Shown here: piece after piece, positions 12,559-26,301 of the stretch
Layout: the number at the start of each line of letters is the position of its first letter
How positions within the stretch are numbered: the stretch's first letter is position 1
From: Adineta vaga
Lineage: Eukaryota > Animalia > Rotifera
Direction of reading: 5' to 3'
Length of the DNA: 64,000 nucleotides
Assembly (NCBI GenBank): GCA_021613535.1
Contig: CP075495.1
Span: forward strand, 3,782,001 to 3,846,000
The notes under the pieces: model-generated
Databases searched by the model: none
What the model was told of the DNA's origin: nothing
The model's input: the letters and a program-made list of their open reading frames with translations, nothing else
Made by a program: the position numbers and the translations under genes

Positions 12559-14426
12559 TGATTTGATCTTCTTAAATGCCTCTAGTCATTTCAATATTTA
12601 ACATATCATATGATTTCAAACAACTTTCAGAAATGATTCGTGAACTCCATGTGTGAAATACAACTTTGTTTTTTTCTCGTTTCTATTATACTCCTTTGCA
12701 GTAAAGGTCATCGGAGTAAAGGATACTCAGCTTCGATATTCAACACTTCTTTCTCAGCTTACTTTTTAATTTATTTGTCTATGATTGTGTTACAAGAAAG
12801 ACGTCATCATTTTCATTTGAAATTAGATTCTATTAAGACGTATTTTTTCAAATAAACGAACTAAAAACAATAAAATAATCGTATCATTGGTGTTAAAATA
12901 GGAAGACAAGAATTATGTGTTTATGAATGCTGGAATATCCTAGTAAAGGACCTTTTTTCTTTGTCTTCAACAAGGTTTATTCATTGACAAGAGTAACTGA
13001 AAGAGACAGTAAATTCAGATGTAAACGGAAAGTACTTCATCTGCCAAGAGTTGTCAGACTTCACTATGTTATAATCTATAATGGGACTATATAGTCTGTC
13101 CTCTTCTTTTCATCAGCTTTCTATCTAAATATAGAATCCTATAATTTACTATTCCAGGTCTAACAGAATTGTTTTCTTGATGCTCAAAGCTTGTCTTTTT
13201 TTGAAAAGCATATAAATATATTGATATAAACTTCATAAATTTCTAATACCCTCTCTCTCTCTCTCTTTTGTTTTTCCTGCCGATGAACTGAATCTACTTG
13301 TTAAATAATACCTGCGAACCTAGAAATATATGATTAGTCTGGAATAAAAGATCACAAGTCCTTTATTTATAAACATAGAAAAGAAAAACAGGACTTATAA
13401 AAAAAAATATATTTAATTCAATTTTCTATATTTATGTCGTATCAAATAAACAATAATTTGTTCTATAAATAGCAAAGTTTATTTGATTGTCATTTATATA
13501 TGCATATGTTCTTTGCTTTTTATTTCATATTAAAGTCACCAGAGACATCCAATTCTCTTGTAGCAAATGATGTCTATGTTTAGAAAAAAGACTAGAAATA
13601 CAAATCAGAATGACAAAACGACAACACATAGAATCATTCATTTTATATGACGAATAAAAAAGAATGAATGATATGAGAGGATGCGTGCATGTGCTATAAC
13701 TGTAATAGTTTGGTGTCTCTGACAGAGTTCGACGTCGACTATGAAGACGTGGATCAAGAGGAAGAAGAAGAAAAAAAAGAAAACTACCATCAATTTTTTT
13801 CTTCTCTCACACTTTTCTTCTCTTGTTATTTTGCTCGTTTTCTTGCACTTGAACGTTCTTCAAGCATTTCTCTTCGTCGTCCCATATTCTTTATATTTCT
13901 TCGTCACTATATTCAATGAGACTAAGTGAAGAAGTATTTTTCTTGTAAATAATATACATCGAGATTCAATAATCTTTTCTAGATGATATTGTCGAAAAAA
14001 ATCGAGTGAAGGTAACAACTTCAGACTATTATTCATATTTATTCTATTAGAAAAAGAACTGCATTAGATATTACTACTTTTTTTCGTCAATGTCAAAGAG
14101 TTAAGTCAATAGAAAAAAGGAAATAAATTGATGTAAACATTAGTTTTTTTCCCCATTTAATCACTATCCTTGAGCTAATATTCAAGTCTCCGAACAAGTT
14201 TTCTTATCGTTTGTTTGTCACTACACATTTATATAGTTAGTGACAGAGAAGATCATCCTTCTGTATAACACATAAATGTATTAGAGTCATGAAGTTTTAT
14301 ATTCGATATTTCCGATCAATGAAAAAACATAGTTTACCATTGATCGTTCGATAACGTGATATAATATGATAGAAATGAAATTATAAACTACTCATATGAT
14401 TTCAGATTAGAACGTAACTAAAGACA

Positions 14427-15677
14427 ATGGAATCAAATAACGATTCATTACCATTATTATCCGATATTAATGAACGTTTTCGTCGTGTACGTGAACTTGG
14501 TTCTGGCACCTACGGACGTGTTCTTTTAGCCTTCGATCGTGATCTACAACAGCGTTGTGCATTGAAAATTCTACCAAAATCTACAACAAAATATCGTGAT
14601 TTTCAACGTGAATATAATTATTCATTATTATTATCTCCACATCGTTCTATAATCAGTACATATGAAGATCGATGTTATCAGACAACGGATGCATTCGTTA
14701 TTGTACAAGAATATGCACCATTGGGAGATCTATTTGAATCGATTCCTCCACAACGTGGTCTACCCGAAAAAGCTGTTAAAACTATAATGAAACAAGTGGC
14801 ATCAGCTCTAGAATTCATGCATGATAAAGGATTAGTAAGAATAGATTTGTGTTATTTAATATGATAGCAAAGATCTTTCTCTCGTTGTAGGTTCATCGTG
14901 ATGTTAAACCAGAAAATGTCATGATATTCGATGCAGATTTTCATAAAGTAAAATTAATTGATTTTGGTATGACTAGGAAATGTGGATCGTATGTTCGACG
15001 TCTTGTTGGAAGTATACCTTATTCACCTCCCGAAGTATGTACTGCATTAAATAATGATATACTTGTTTCAACTACAATGGATATCTGGGCATTTGGTGTA
15101 TTGCTATTTTGTTGTTTAACAGGTAAATAAAAGACGAAAATTGATTACTGAAAAGAAATGCATGTTTTAGGTAATTTTCCATGGGAGCATGCTCAAGAAT
15201 CAGATGTTTACTATAACGAATATTTACAATGGCATCGACGGCATCAAGTACAACGTCGTTGTAAATTGCCTTCACAATGGTACAGATTTACTAGTCGTTC
15301 TATGAAATTATTTAAAAAAATGCTTGGTAAAGAAAAAGGGTTTTTTTTTCGAAAAAAGAGTGATGGATTATTTTCGTTGAATTTCAGATCCTGATTTTTC
15401 TCAACGATGTGAAATCACTGAAATAAGCAGATATTATGATGATCGATGGATTCATGAAAATAATTATCGTCGACGTTCATCAAATGAAGACGAAGGTGTC
15501 GAAGAAGATTTTTCATCATCCGGAAGTGGAGTTGAAACAAATACAACGACAACAAATTCGACAACTAATAATGATTTTGAAGAATTAACACAAATGATGA
15601 GAAATTCTTTGACAACATTTGATAAATTGCCATCCATGGATAGTCAACAAACAATAACCTCAACACAATTTTCTTGA
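14427..15677 (+). CDS. SBK1: Ser/Thr kinase, SBK1/meng-po (NKF1) family; 4 coding exons (14427-14834, 14891-15122, 15171-15326, 15388-15677)
   Basis: GSGTYG, ALK, HRDVKPEN and DFG motifs, plus family-typical FQREYNYS..LSPH..II, GNFPWE and PSQW.RFT. Splice phases are consistent. Confidence 0.88.
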
Positions 15678-16665
15678 AAACACGAATGATGATGACAACA
15701 ATCAAAGCAAGCATTTCTCTCCGTCCGACAATATTAAATTAAAAAAGATACTTGTATATTCTCCATGTACAGCCATTTACATCTCTGTCGTTTATCTTAA
15801 GTATAAAACAAAAGCATGTTTTCTTGTTCTTTGACGGGTATATTTAATGGAAAAAAAACAGTGAAGAATGATTTCATTTGTTCTTTTTTCTATTCTTATC
15901 GAATAATAAGAAATACTTTTCCATTCATCAAATTAAGTTTTTAATTGAAGGACATTCTTGGTTCTCGAAGTTTATTTGAACTTTTAACAATAATATTTTT
16001 TATGTATCATCGATGAAGCGTTTTTATTCGTTGATCTTTTTCTATCTACTTTAAAGACAATAACGATACTAATTATTTGATAATTAACTGGAACACTTCC
16101 TGGCTGAGATTGACGTCAGATGTGTGTAACATTATTTGACATCTAAAGATAGAATCCCTCGAGAATGTTTGCAATAGAACATGTTCAAAGTCATATCATC
16201 GTAGAAAAAAAGCCGAGAGAAAGAGGAGGAATATTCTCTAATCTTTCTATGACGTTTTTGATAAAAACTCATGCAAACATCTTGAGAGATGATTTTGCGA
16301 CGTTTAGGTGTAACACGATATATCTTGACTTATTGATCTGTAATGTAAAAAGAACTTATTTTTTTTAACAGACAGTACTTTTAAAAGTAAATATCTTCGT
16401 GAGAATTACAATTAATTTTAATTATCTTCCGTAATTATTTTTCTTTGACCTGAACAACACGATATTAGTTTTCAATATTCAAAACAATTCTCTCTCATTC
16501 TCCGTTGGATAATGATGATTTCAATATTAAACTGATAATTAGAATTGCGTTTTTCAACTGATTTTCGGTGCATAGAAGAATAAGAAAATATAATTCCAAT
16601 GTGTTAGAATTGAAATGAATTTAATTAAAAAGAAAAGTTCAAGATCAAATTTTCTTTTCATTCGT

Positions 16666-18237
16666 TTAAATTGAATTTCTTTGTTGGATTTTATCTGAAT
16701 GAAAATATGATTGTTCAAAGAGAATATTTTCTTCCGGTTCAGTTTTTGCTTCTAATGCATCGAATATTTCTTGCCGTAATGTTTGTCGAGATTTCATTAC
16801 TGATGGTTTGCAATTATTTGATAGTAATTGTTGTTTACGTTTAAATTTTTTCTTACATAATATTGGTAAACAAAATGAAAAAGATGCATGACCACGACAA
16901 GAACATAACGATAAATTACTTGAACTATTTCCAATTGTAATACGTTGAATACCGATTGGAGTGATGAGTGCAGGAAGATCTTCTTCGTCTTCTAAGGTAA
17001 TAAAACGACCATTCGATGAAATGACATCACCAACAACACGAACTTGTTGTCGGCGACGTTCTTCCATTTCAAAACGTTCATGTTGAGAACGTTTTGTATT
17101 TGTTTCAACAAAACGTAAAATTAATAAATTACCACTAGATGCAACGATCGTTAAACCTGTTAATATAAACATAATACAAAAGAGAATATACAACCAACCA
17201 ACACTTCCGTAATCATTCTTTTGCATTGGAACTAAATCTCCAAAACCTGATAAATAAAATGATATTTATACATATGAAAGCAAATTTATTCTCTAGTTAC
17301 ATACCAATTGTAGTTCTAGAACAAAAGAAAAAAGAAATAACTTCGCGAAATGGCATATATTATAACACATCTATAGTAAGAAACGATTGTATGTGTGTTC
17401 ATACAATAGATCCAGATGTCATCGAGTTAATATTTCTAGTGTTAAATCTCAAAATTTTACGATGCAAAAAATAAGTTTTTATTTGCATGCGAATATAAGT
17501 GTACTTCAATAAATCTTCTCGTTTTTTTATTTTTTTCTATGAACTGTTTGACGTCGGAAATTATTTAATAAAACTAATTTGAAAAGAACGGATTCTCTTT
17601 CTGATAGAAATACTTACAAAGTCAATAAACAATAATAAAAAGCATCAAAATAGAGCCAATTTTCATTTAGATGAAACACATATGAACCAGTTGCAACAGT
17701 CAAAACAGTTAGTAATGCTTCGCATGTTAGCAGTTCCATCGCTGTTATTTGTGGTTCTTTTCGTCGTTGAAATTTTCGTTTAATATGTTTTAATACAAAT
17801 CTTATTAAAGCATTTAACCGTTCACCAACACTCTGAATCATAATAAGCCACATTGGTATACCAATTAATGCATATGCTATAGTAACGGCACGTCCCGCAA
17901 TTGTATTTGGTATAGCATGACCATAACCAATTAATGCAAGAACGACTGTAGCATAATAGAATGAACCAATAAATTTCCATTGTTTTTTTCCATATTGTAT
18001 ACGTAATTGAACAATATGAGTAAGATTTCGAAAATCATTATCACTTATATTGTGTTTTTGTTGAAATGAAGATATACGTGCTGTTAAATTAGTACGACGA
18101 ATAGATTCATCTGTAGATTCAAGTCTATCAAATATGGTTGCACCAATAACAAGATAAAGAAGTGTTATCACGACGTATGCTAATGTACGATAGTTTTGTA
18201 TACGATTTGGTGCCGACGAACCGGGTGTTAGTAACAT
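16666..18237 (-). CDS. Two-pore-domain K+ channel, TASK (KCNK3/KCNK9)-like; exons 18237-17618, 17315-17305, 17246-16666
   Basis: N-term QNYRTLAYVVITLLYLVIGATIFDRLES resembles TASK [28 protein letters not shown]. P1 is WKFIGSFYYATVVLALIGYGH; P2 is FDAFYYCLLTLTTIGFGDLVP after joining the 11-nt microexon. The C-terminal RNSI resembles the TASK 14-3-3 motif. Confidence 0.92.
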
Positions 18238-20504
18238 CAAAAATAGATGATTCTATATATAAAACATTTGATTTAATCAAGTAGAATAGAAATATATTAA
18301 TAAGACATTCATTATCTAGAAAAGAAGTCTATTTAGAAGGAAACAAACTTAATTCGGATAACAAATTAATGTTAACTAATAGCTATATGTTTAGTCAAAT
18401 GAATGACGAACAAGTTGAGAACATGAGAAGAAAAAAAGAAGCTTTCATCGATTAAACGATATATAAACAAATCAATCAGTCAATGATAAGCAAGAAAGAA
18501 AAGATCTCATATTTCTATAGTCTAATTGTTATGCATATATGTGAGACGTGTTTATGCATAATTCCATGTCACTACAAATAGATGCGACAAAAGGAAAAAA
18601 AACGGAAGTGTTGAGAATAAATGATTTTTGACTTTGATGCTATGTTTATCTTGGTAGAAGTCGAGTATAGATGATAGCATATCAATGAGTAAACTAAAAA
18701 TAATACATGAGGAAAAGAAGAAAAAAACACACCCGACTCTTTCGATCGAAAATTCTCATCATAATTTAATAAGATGAAAAAAGAAGTAAACAACCGTTCA
18801 TGATCTGACTAATCTTAACATATGTAGATGTGGTTTTTCTTTTCCTCAAGAAGATTTAGTTGGATTCTTATCAATCAAATATTTTCTGTTATATCCGTTT
18901 TGTAAATTATACTGAGTGAACCAAAATCAATACTTACAAGTGAATTGAAAAGCAAAGCGAACGAGGGACAGAATAAGTTAATTCAAGTGACGTAGTAAAC
19001 GAGATATGGAAGCAACAGGAAAAAAAGTAATAAAATCTTTTATTTCTATCAAGTGTTCTTCTCTCGAGGTGATTTCATTAATTCTAAACAAAAATAGAAG
19101 AAGGAGATTAACAGAAATGAAGAAAAAAAATCATATGAATAAATAATAATTTGTTTAATAATCGATTCAATTATGTACAGATCAATAAGCATAGAATTGA
19201 TCGCTATTTAGTCAAAGACGTAGCTGATATATTAAGAAAAAAATGACGTTTATTACTGTTTTCTTCTCTTTTCTTTTCTCTCTATTCATCATTAAACACA
19301 TAATATCTTAGTCGAGAATGACATGAGAAATCTTTCTTTTTTTTCCCCTTCATTTTCTAAATGAACATGCAACAATAACAGAGATTGAAGGCAAAAAGTC
19401 AAGAAAAGAAAACAAGAAGAAGAAGAAGAAGAAAACTTTCTGTCTTTCTCTACGGTTGACTGCTGTCTTCCGTAGATTACAATGATTTTCTAAAAAGCTT
19501 CATAAGATTTTCTTTTCCTTCTTTCTATACGACTATATTCATAAGAACAGAACAGTTCCAATAAGATTAGTACGTGCTTGTTTCATCTTACCACATATAA
19601 AATACTATTATTCCACAAGTTACTAAATATTCTCTCTTCAATAACACATATTATAAGAGATTAAAACATAAAAATAGCATGTTCGTTTATATACATATTA
19701 AGATAAAAATGACTTTCTTTCATTGATATTGATTAAACACGTTTTTTCTATAAGTATTTGTATCAAAAAAAAAAACAAGATACAAATATCAATGTTAGAC
19801 CATTATTTCCATCTGTTACCATCCATTGTAACAACAAGAGACACATCGAAAAGAAAAGATATTCTAATTTTCTCATTGATTATCATTGTGAAAATTGAGA
19901 GCATTATTTACAGGAAATCGAATGTGATTAATTTGATTTCAAGTATGGTTAGATCTTATCATGCAAACATCGGAAAAAACATCATAAATGTAATTTTAAT
20001 GAGACGTACAACACTCGAACAAAAAAGACGACTTCAACAAAGAATATTTTTTGATGTTTTTGATGAATACTTGACTAATTAATATTCTTTATAAAATTGA
20101 TTAATCTGTATAGAATAAAAAAAACCCTCTTAACAGCTAAATGAACATGAAGTTTGTTGTCTGTCTGTCTTTCCTTTAAGACTATTTCATTCGAGTAATC
20201 TGAAAACTTGAGAATCTTTTTTCTGGATGAAAGAATATGTAATTTAGCAGTTCAATGATCTATAAATATTTTCTTTCGTTAACAATTGATTCTATAGGCA
20301 ATGAATATAAACATTCAGGAATTTTTTGTATAAATCTTTTAAAAAATCATTGACAAGTTTATCTTTCTTTTTGTTTAAAGATGATAAAGACAGTGTCGAT
20401 AAATTTTTTCTTAACGAATGAAACAAAAATATAGACGAACATATAAGAGAAAAAGAGATGACACGAGATATTTACAACAAAAAGACATAAATGAATTGTT
20501 ATAT

Positions 20505-21655
20505 TCAAACATCATCATAATTGCTATGAATTAGTGGACTTTTATAAAGAAAACCATTGATGTGCGCATCTGGGGTATCTTGTGTTAGAATAAATCGATG
20601 TGTTTCAGACTGTGGTTGTTGACGTTTTAGATTTCGTAATGGAATTGAATAGGTTGACTAAATTAAAAGAAAATAAATCAATGAAATATGATCAATATGA
20701 CAAAGAAAGAACATTTGATACTCTACATCAAATCGATGTGGTGTTGTTTGAGCATAATGAGAATTCGTTGCTATAGATTTATACGTTGGTATTGAACTAG
20801 TACAACATGGTGACCAAAGACAAGAAATAACGGCACCGATTAATGATAAAAGTGCTTGTACAAGTGCTAATGTAAATGTTATAAGTAGTGCTAAATTAAC
20901 AAAAGTTGCTGGTTCATCGAATGGCACAAGAAGTTGTCTATCAAAATAGTGAAGACAATAAATGAAGAAGAAAGACAAAGAAAATTTACATTGTTGGCGT
21001 TGTCGCTATGTGAAATGATTTCAATCGAGATGAAGAAATTGTTTGCCAATATTCAAGTGTATGAATAATAAGAAGACCGATATAAACTGATGATGAAATA
21101 AAACTTATCAACGATGACATACAAATGAAAATCGCCTTTAAAAAGAAAACGATGAAATGCTATTTACAATCGACAGATTTCATGTCATCTTACCATCAAT
21201 GGTCGTTTAACTATCGTATAGATTACACAACAAAGACATGGAATACTCGTCTATGATAGAAAATAATAGAAAAGATTTTTGTTTAATCAAACGAGAATAG
21301 CCTTTAGTGAAAAATCAAATAGAAAAATGTCAACTTTTTTCTCCTTTTATCGTAATAAAATAAAATAACTAGTCATTATTGAATTCTATTTATTTCGAAA
21401 ACAAAATCTTACTATGATTGCAGATGGATAGATAAACCAAAGATGAATATCATTGATTGCAAATGATGTCGGAAGTAGATTGAGAAAATTGATAGAACCA
21501 ATATGATTATCATTAGTTTTATTCTTTTCGATGGCATATCGCTGTCCAATAGTAACTGCAATTTGTGTTAAACCAGTTAAAAATAGAAATATACCATAGA
21601 TAAGTAATGTTTCAGCTTGAGCGAGAATTTGATAAGAAGACTTTTGCGATGTCAT
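20505..21655 (-). CDS. Four-transmembrane protein (MS4A/CD20-like topology), function unknown; 5 exons
   Basis: Exons chain in frame from ATG 21655 to TGA 20505 (…HSNYDDV*), giving four hydrophobic segments and a Cys cluster (SCLWSPCC) after TM4. Confidence 0.7.
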
Positions 21656-23258
21656 TTGATGTCGGAATGAAGTAATAGAAGTACAGAATCTAAATGGAAT
21701 CGTTGCCGTTATGTCTTTATTGAGTCTTATTTAATGAACTTCTTTTTCTCTGCTGTCTCTCGCTCTCTCTCTTTATGTGTGTCTATGCAATTCTTCTATG
21801 CATGAGTACATGAAAGAGAGAAGAGGGCGTGTTTTGTGTGCATGAGTGAAAGAGAGAGAGTAGTCATTTAGTCCAAGGAGTAGATGAACATGAACATTTG
21901 TAAGAAAAAGAAGAAGAAGAAGAAGAAATGAGATTGCTTTGTCAAGCAGTACTAGTAGCAAAACAGATTTTTTTTTGTATCTATGATCGTACTATAAACT
22001 GAGAAAAGATGAAGGAGAAGAAAAAAAAGATGAATAACCCTTGTTTTTCTTTCTTTCTCTCTTCCATTAACCATAATGTTCATCTCAAAAGGAAAAAACC
22101 GAGGGAGAAAAAGGTGACAAGGCCAAGAGATATTACGCATCTTTTCTTTTCTTTTTTGTCAAACAGAATGTGATGACAGAAATGTACAGAAAGAAAAAGA
22201 ACAGAATATTTTTTATCATTGCTATAGTTTTATATACGATCATCGATCATTCTTCGAAACTACTACATGCATTCATCTCGATGACAACGTTTGTTTGATG
22301 AACATTAGTCTTAATAGTTTTCACACATGTGATCATCGACAAAGAATATCTTATTTGAATCGTATGTCATCCATCATAGATTACCGAAGAGAATATTTTG
22401 AAAGAACCATGACAAGAATCTTTGATATGATTAGAAAAACAAAAGAAGAAGAGATATTTCATTGATTTAATTAAAGAAAAAACGTATCTATTTCATCGAA
22501 ACTTATTTCTATCATCTGTCACATGATATGGTAATCAGTTTGGATCAGGAAAACTCAAGATTTATTTGTTGAAATGATGCACTTGAAGATTGAGTCTATG
22601 TCAGAAGAGAATTAAATTCATTGATGAATAGACAAGTTGTTCTTTTCTCAAATTTCCTGTGAATAAAGGATGACTTTTTGCCTCAATTTGTAAACAAAGG
22701 ATCTCAATATCAATTAGATTATGTTAAACAAACAAAATATTTTTTGATCATAGAATGAATGTATCTTGAATTCTTAGTGATTCATGCAACAGTTTTATCG
22801 TCATTTTAGTCTATATGTTGATACACTTGTCGTTTCACGTGTTCTCATTTGAAACTTCTAGTTTCATGAATCTTTTTTCAGTATTCATTCTGTTCGCTTT
22901 CTACCAACGAAGAAAATATTAAATCAGTTTAGAAAATTTTTCATCATTCATCGATATATAATTGTGCTGTATCTACTACAGTTCAACTGAATCTACCTAA
23001 AATATAAATAAATTGATCAAAATCTTTTTTAAAATCAACAGTTATGTTTGCTTTCTGTCGAACCATTATCGTACTCTTATCGTTGGAAGGCGTTCTCTGT
23101 TGTTATCTTATCATTTTAATGTAAAACATGATGTAAACATATCTTTCATTACTTTTTGATGAAAAGCGGCTGACTTCATGAAGATCTATTATTGTTTCTC
23201 GAGCCTCTTTCGTATGTATTCTGATTGAATAGAATTGTTTCGAATTCTTCATTGATTG

Positions 23259-24187
23259 ATGATGCTCTTTCTTTTAGTGGCATTTATTATATTACACGTA
23301 CAAGGTCAAGAGACAAGTGTAAGCGAAAAACTTTTCATTAACTAAGCATTTGAATTTAAAGATGCAAAATATAGTTTTGAAAGAAACATATTGATCGATT
23401 TGCTAAGTAAAAATTAAATATCGTTTAGACTTTGTTGAAAAATATTCATTCCGATGATATAGTGCTAGTTTTTAAAGAAGAAATTCTCAATCCAAATTTC
23501 ATTCATTGTTTATATGTTTTGAAGAAAATTCAGAGACATTTAATTGATTCTAATAATTTTTCTATTGAAAGATTGAAACCACAGTTCAAACGACACCAAA
23601 TGTTCCAACTATCACAATAACTTCTGAAGCAACAACTGTTGTAATTATTCCTGTAGAAACGACAGCAGCACCTATTCCGACAACACAACCTAAGACAACA
23701 CAACCTGAGACAACACAGCATGCGACAACACAATTTGAGACAACACAGTATGAGACAACACAATCTGGGACAACAGAACCTAAGACAACGACTCGACGTC
23801 CCTCACAAACAACAACCACCAGAAGTATTTAATCATAAATATAGTTTAATGAAACTGCTTTTTCTAATAATTTTTTTTCTAAAAGCAACTACAACTACAA
23901 CGACAACGACAACGACAACGACAACCGTAGTTTACACAACACCGGCACGTAAGATTTCTTCTGCATATTATTGATTCTATTGGAACCTGTTTTTCTTTCT
24001 AGCACCACCAAATCCGACATGGACTATTATCGGTAGTATAGCGGGTGTTATAATAGGTATCGGATTACTAGGTGGCATTGCTGGTATATATATATGCTAC
24101 AGAAGCTCTCAACGACGTCTTGTTACAAATAATGGAAATACATATGATCAAGATAATATTCCTTTACAAGACCGTAGCCAGTTTTAA
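23259..24187 (+). CDS. Small mucin-like type I membrane glycoprotein; 4 exons
   Basis: Signal peptide MMLFLLVAFIILHVQG, a Thr-rich ectodomain with xxTTQ repeats and poly-Thr, TM IIGSIAGVIIGIGLLGGIAGIYICY, and a short tail ending at TAA 24187. Confidence 0.85.
23678..23790 (+). repeat. 15-bp coding minisatellite (gacaacaca core), ~7 copies
   Basis: Encodes PTTQ-PKTTQ-PETTQ-HATTQ-FETTQ-YETTQ-SGTTE-PKTT. Confidence 0.85.
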
Positions 24188-24358
24188 AAAGATTTAAACA
24201 TAAATTGTTCCTCTTTTCTTACTTTTGTCTTTCTAATATATATTGTTGTATGTGTATAATTTATTGTTCCAATTGTACACAGAAAAAGAAAGAAAGAAAG
24301 AAAAAAAACGAAAGAGTGCGCACGAGATAGAGAATAAAAAAGTACAGATTACAAATAT

Positions 24359-26146
24359 TTAGTCATCATCTAATTCAATGATGGGAATGTCATCTTGAAT
24401 GGATGGCGCCGTTGAACGTTCGATTGATTCTAAAAAACGATAAGCAAAAGAAAAGAAATGTACGAACGGAACCATTTATAGATGAATTTACTTGTACGTG
24501 ATCGATCATCATCAGAATCCTCATTGGGCGAATTATCTGCATCTGCCGTTGATTTTCCATTCGTAGTTTTAGCTGCTTGTGCCGCTTTAAAAGCTTCTTT
24601 TTCACGTTGAGCTCGTCGAGATTGTTTCTCTTCTCCAACCGCTTTCCATTGCCCATTTGGTTCATATTCAATAGCTTTAGCATCCACCGGACATTTACCA
24701 ATTACATCAATAAAAAACTGATCAACAAATAAATCTGTGTATAAAGCTGCTTTATTACATACAGGACAAAGCCAAGCTAAAAAGTTAGATTAAATGAATA
24801 GGAAAATATATAAAAACTATCGATAGATATACTTGGCTTTTTTTCATTCATACGTAGATATCCTTCTAAATCAAAACAATGCACATGTTTACATGTTATT
24901 GCTCTTCCAGGCATTCTCATTCGAATACGCATTGCTGGACACTCAAGTGGTAAACGAAGTGATGTTGATGCTACTTCAAGATCATTATCGATTCCTTGAG
25001 GTGTGTGTGGAGCCGATAGAATTTGCGTAATTGTACGTTGAGTTTCGATGGCTGAACGAACAGCTGAAGGACGAGAAAGACGCGCTAACAATTGTGGAAC
25101 AGTTTTACGTTCTGTTAGAAAAACAGCAGCAACATATGTTGGAGATGGAGTTGAGACATCTTGAGTATACCATGATATTTCAATAAGATTCGATATCAAT
25201 GGACATAAACGACAATATTCGGTAATATCAATTGGTCGACCTATTCGATAAGAATATAGCAGAAGAGGAAAATTCTTTGGACTATTTGAATTCAAATGAA
25301 TATACCTGGTCGAATAACATCAGAATTTGGTTTTGCTGTTGGTTTTGGTTGAGGTAATGGTACAACACGATTATTCACAATAACATAAAGATTAGGTTGG
25401 CAATTTATCTGGAGCATTCATACCATTGTTCATTGAATCACCACCAATAGTTGTAAATCGTAGTAGTATTTGTTTACGATATTCTATTTTTGATTGATCC
25501 GTATTAAAGAATGTTGATGTAGCCACATCTATAGAAAGATAAAAGGACAAATATTTTAATGAATATGATACATCAGTAAAGGAAATCAACGAAATAGTAA
25601 TAAATCTTTTTGTAATGGTTAGTTCATTTTTCTGCTCGTTAGATTCATTGACAAATATATTCATCAAAAGTGAGAGCATGTTAACTATACAATGATTCTA
25701 TTCGAACCTGATGCTTGTTGTGCTGATAATAGAAAATAGAAGTTAATTAGTGATTGAGGTCCATTTGTTGATTGTTTTGCAGATGCTACTGTATGTGGTG
25801 GAGAAATAACATATAAATCTTCATTAAATGTAAATGGTGCAAAACGTATATCAATATTTTGTTGTTGATTTGTATGCATAGGATGCTGTCCTGTTCTTAT
25901 TGTATTTGTTGAATCTCTAGGATAAGGTATTGTAGGTTTATCACCTTGTCCAAAACGTTTATTATGTAATTCTTCACACTTCTCTCGAATTGGTATCGAT
26001 GATTTAATTAAATTATGACAACGTTCAATTAATTCTTGTCTTTTTCCTGTTCTTGATTGACCAGCAAATGTTAGTAAGGTTTGTAAATCATTAATAGGTA
26101 GTGATTGTAATTGTATAAAACGTTGTTCATCGGTTAGAGTATTCAT
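24359..26146 (-). CDS. PIAS: PIAS/Siz-type SUMO E3 ligase paralogue A (SAP, PINIT, SP-RING, C-terminal SIM) with one +1 frameshift at ~25397
   Basis: SAP-like LPINDLQTLLTFAGQSRTGKRQELIERC; GRPIDIT (PINIT); SP-RING LECPAMRIRMRMPGRAITCKHVHCFD…WLCPVC; C-term IPIIELDDD*. Five exons. Confidence 0.9.
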
Positions 26147-26301
26147 TATCTGAAAACAAGACACAGTAGAGTTATTTTTTTGTTTTCGATCCTTCATGAA
26201 GCAAATATACACGAATTTCATAATTTGTTTTCTCTCATTCTATCACAAATCAACAAAAAACGAGAAAACAAAGACAACAACAATAAAATACAAACAAAGG
26301 T

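Noticed and set aside
23530-23819. Cys-rich minus-strand ORFs (metallothionein- or keratin-associated-like)
   Set aside because: They are antisense shadows of the Thr-rich minisatellite in the plus-strand mucin gene.
25570-25670. TGATGA…CTGA pair in the PIAS-A intron (possible snoRNA)
   Set aside because: Very AT-rich, with no terminal stem or recognisable guide; expected by chance.
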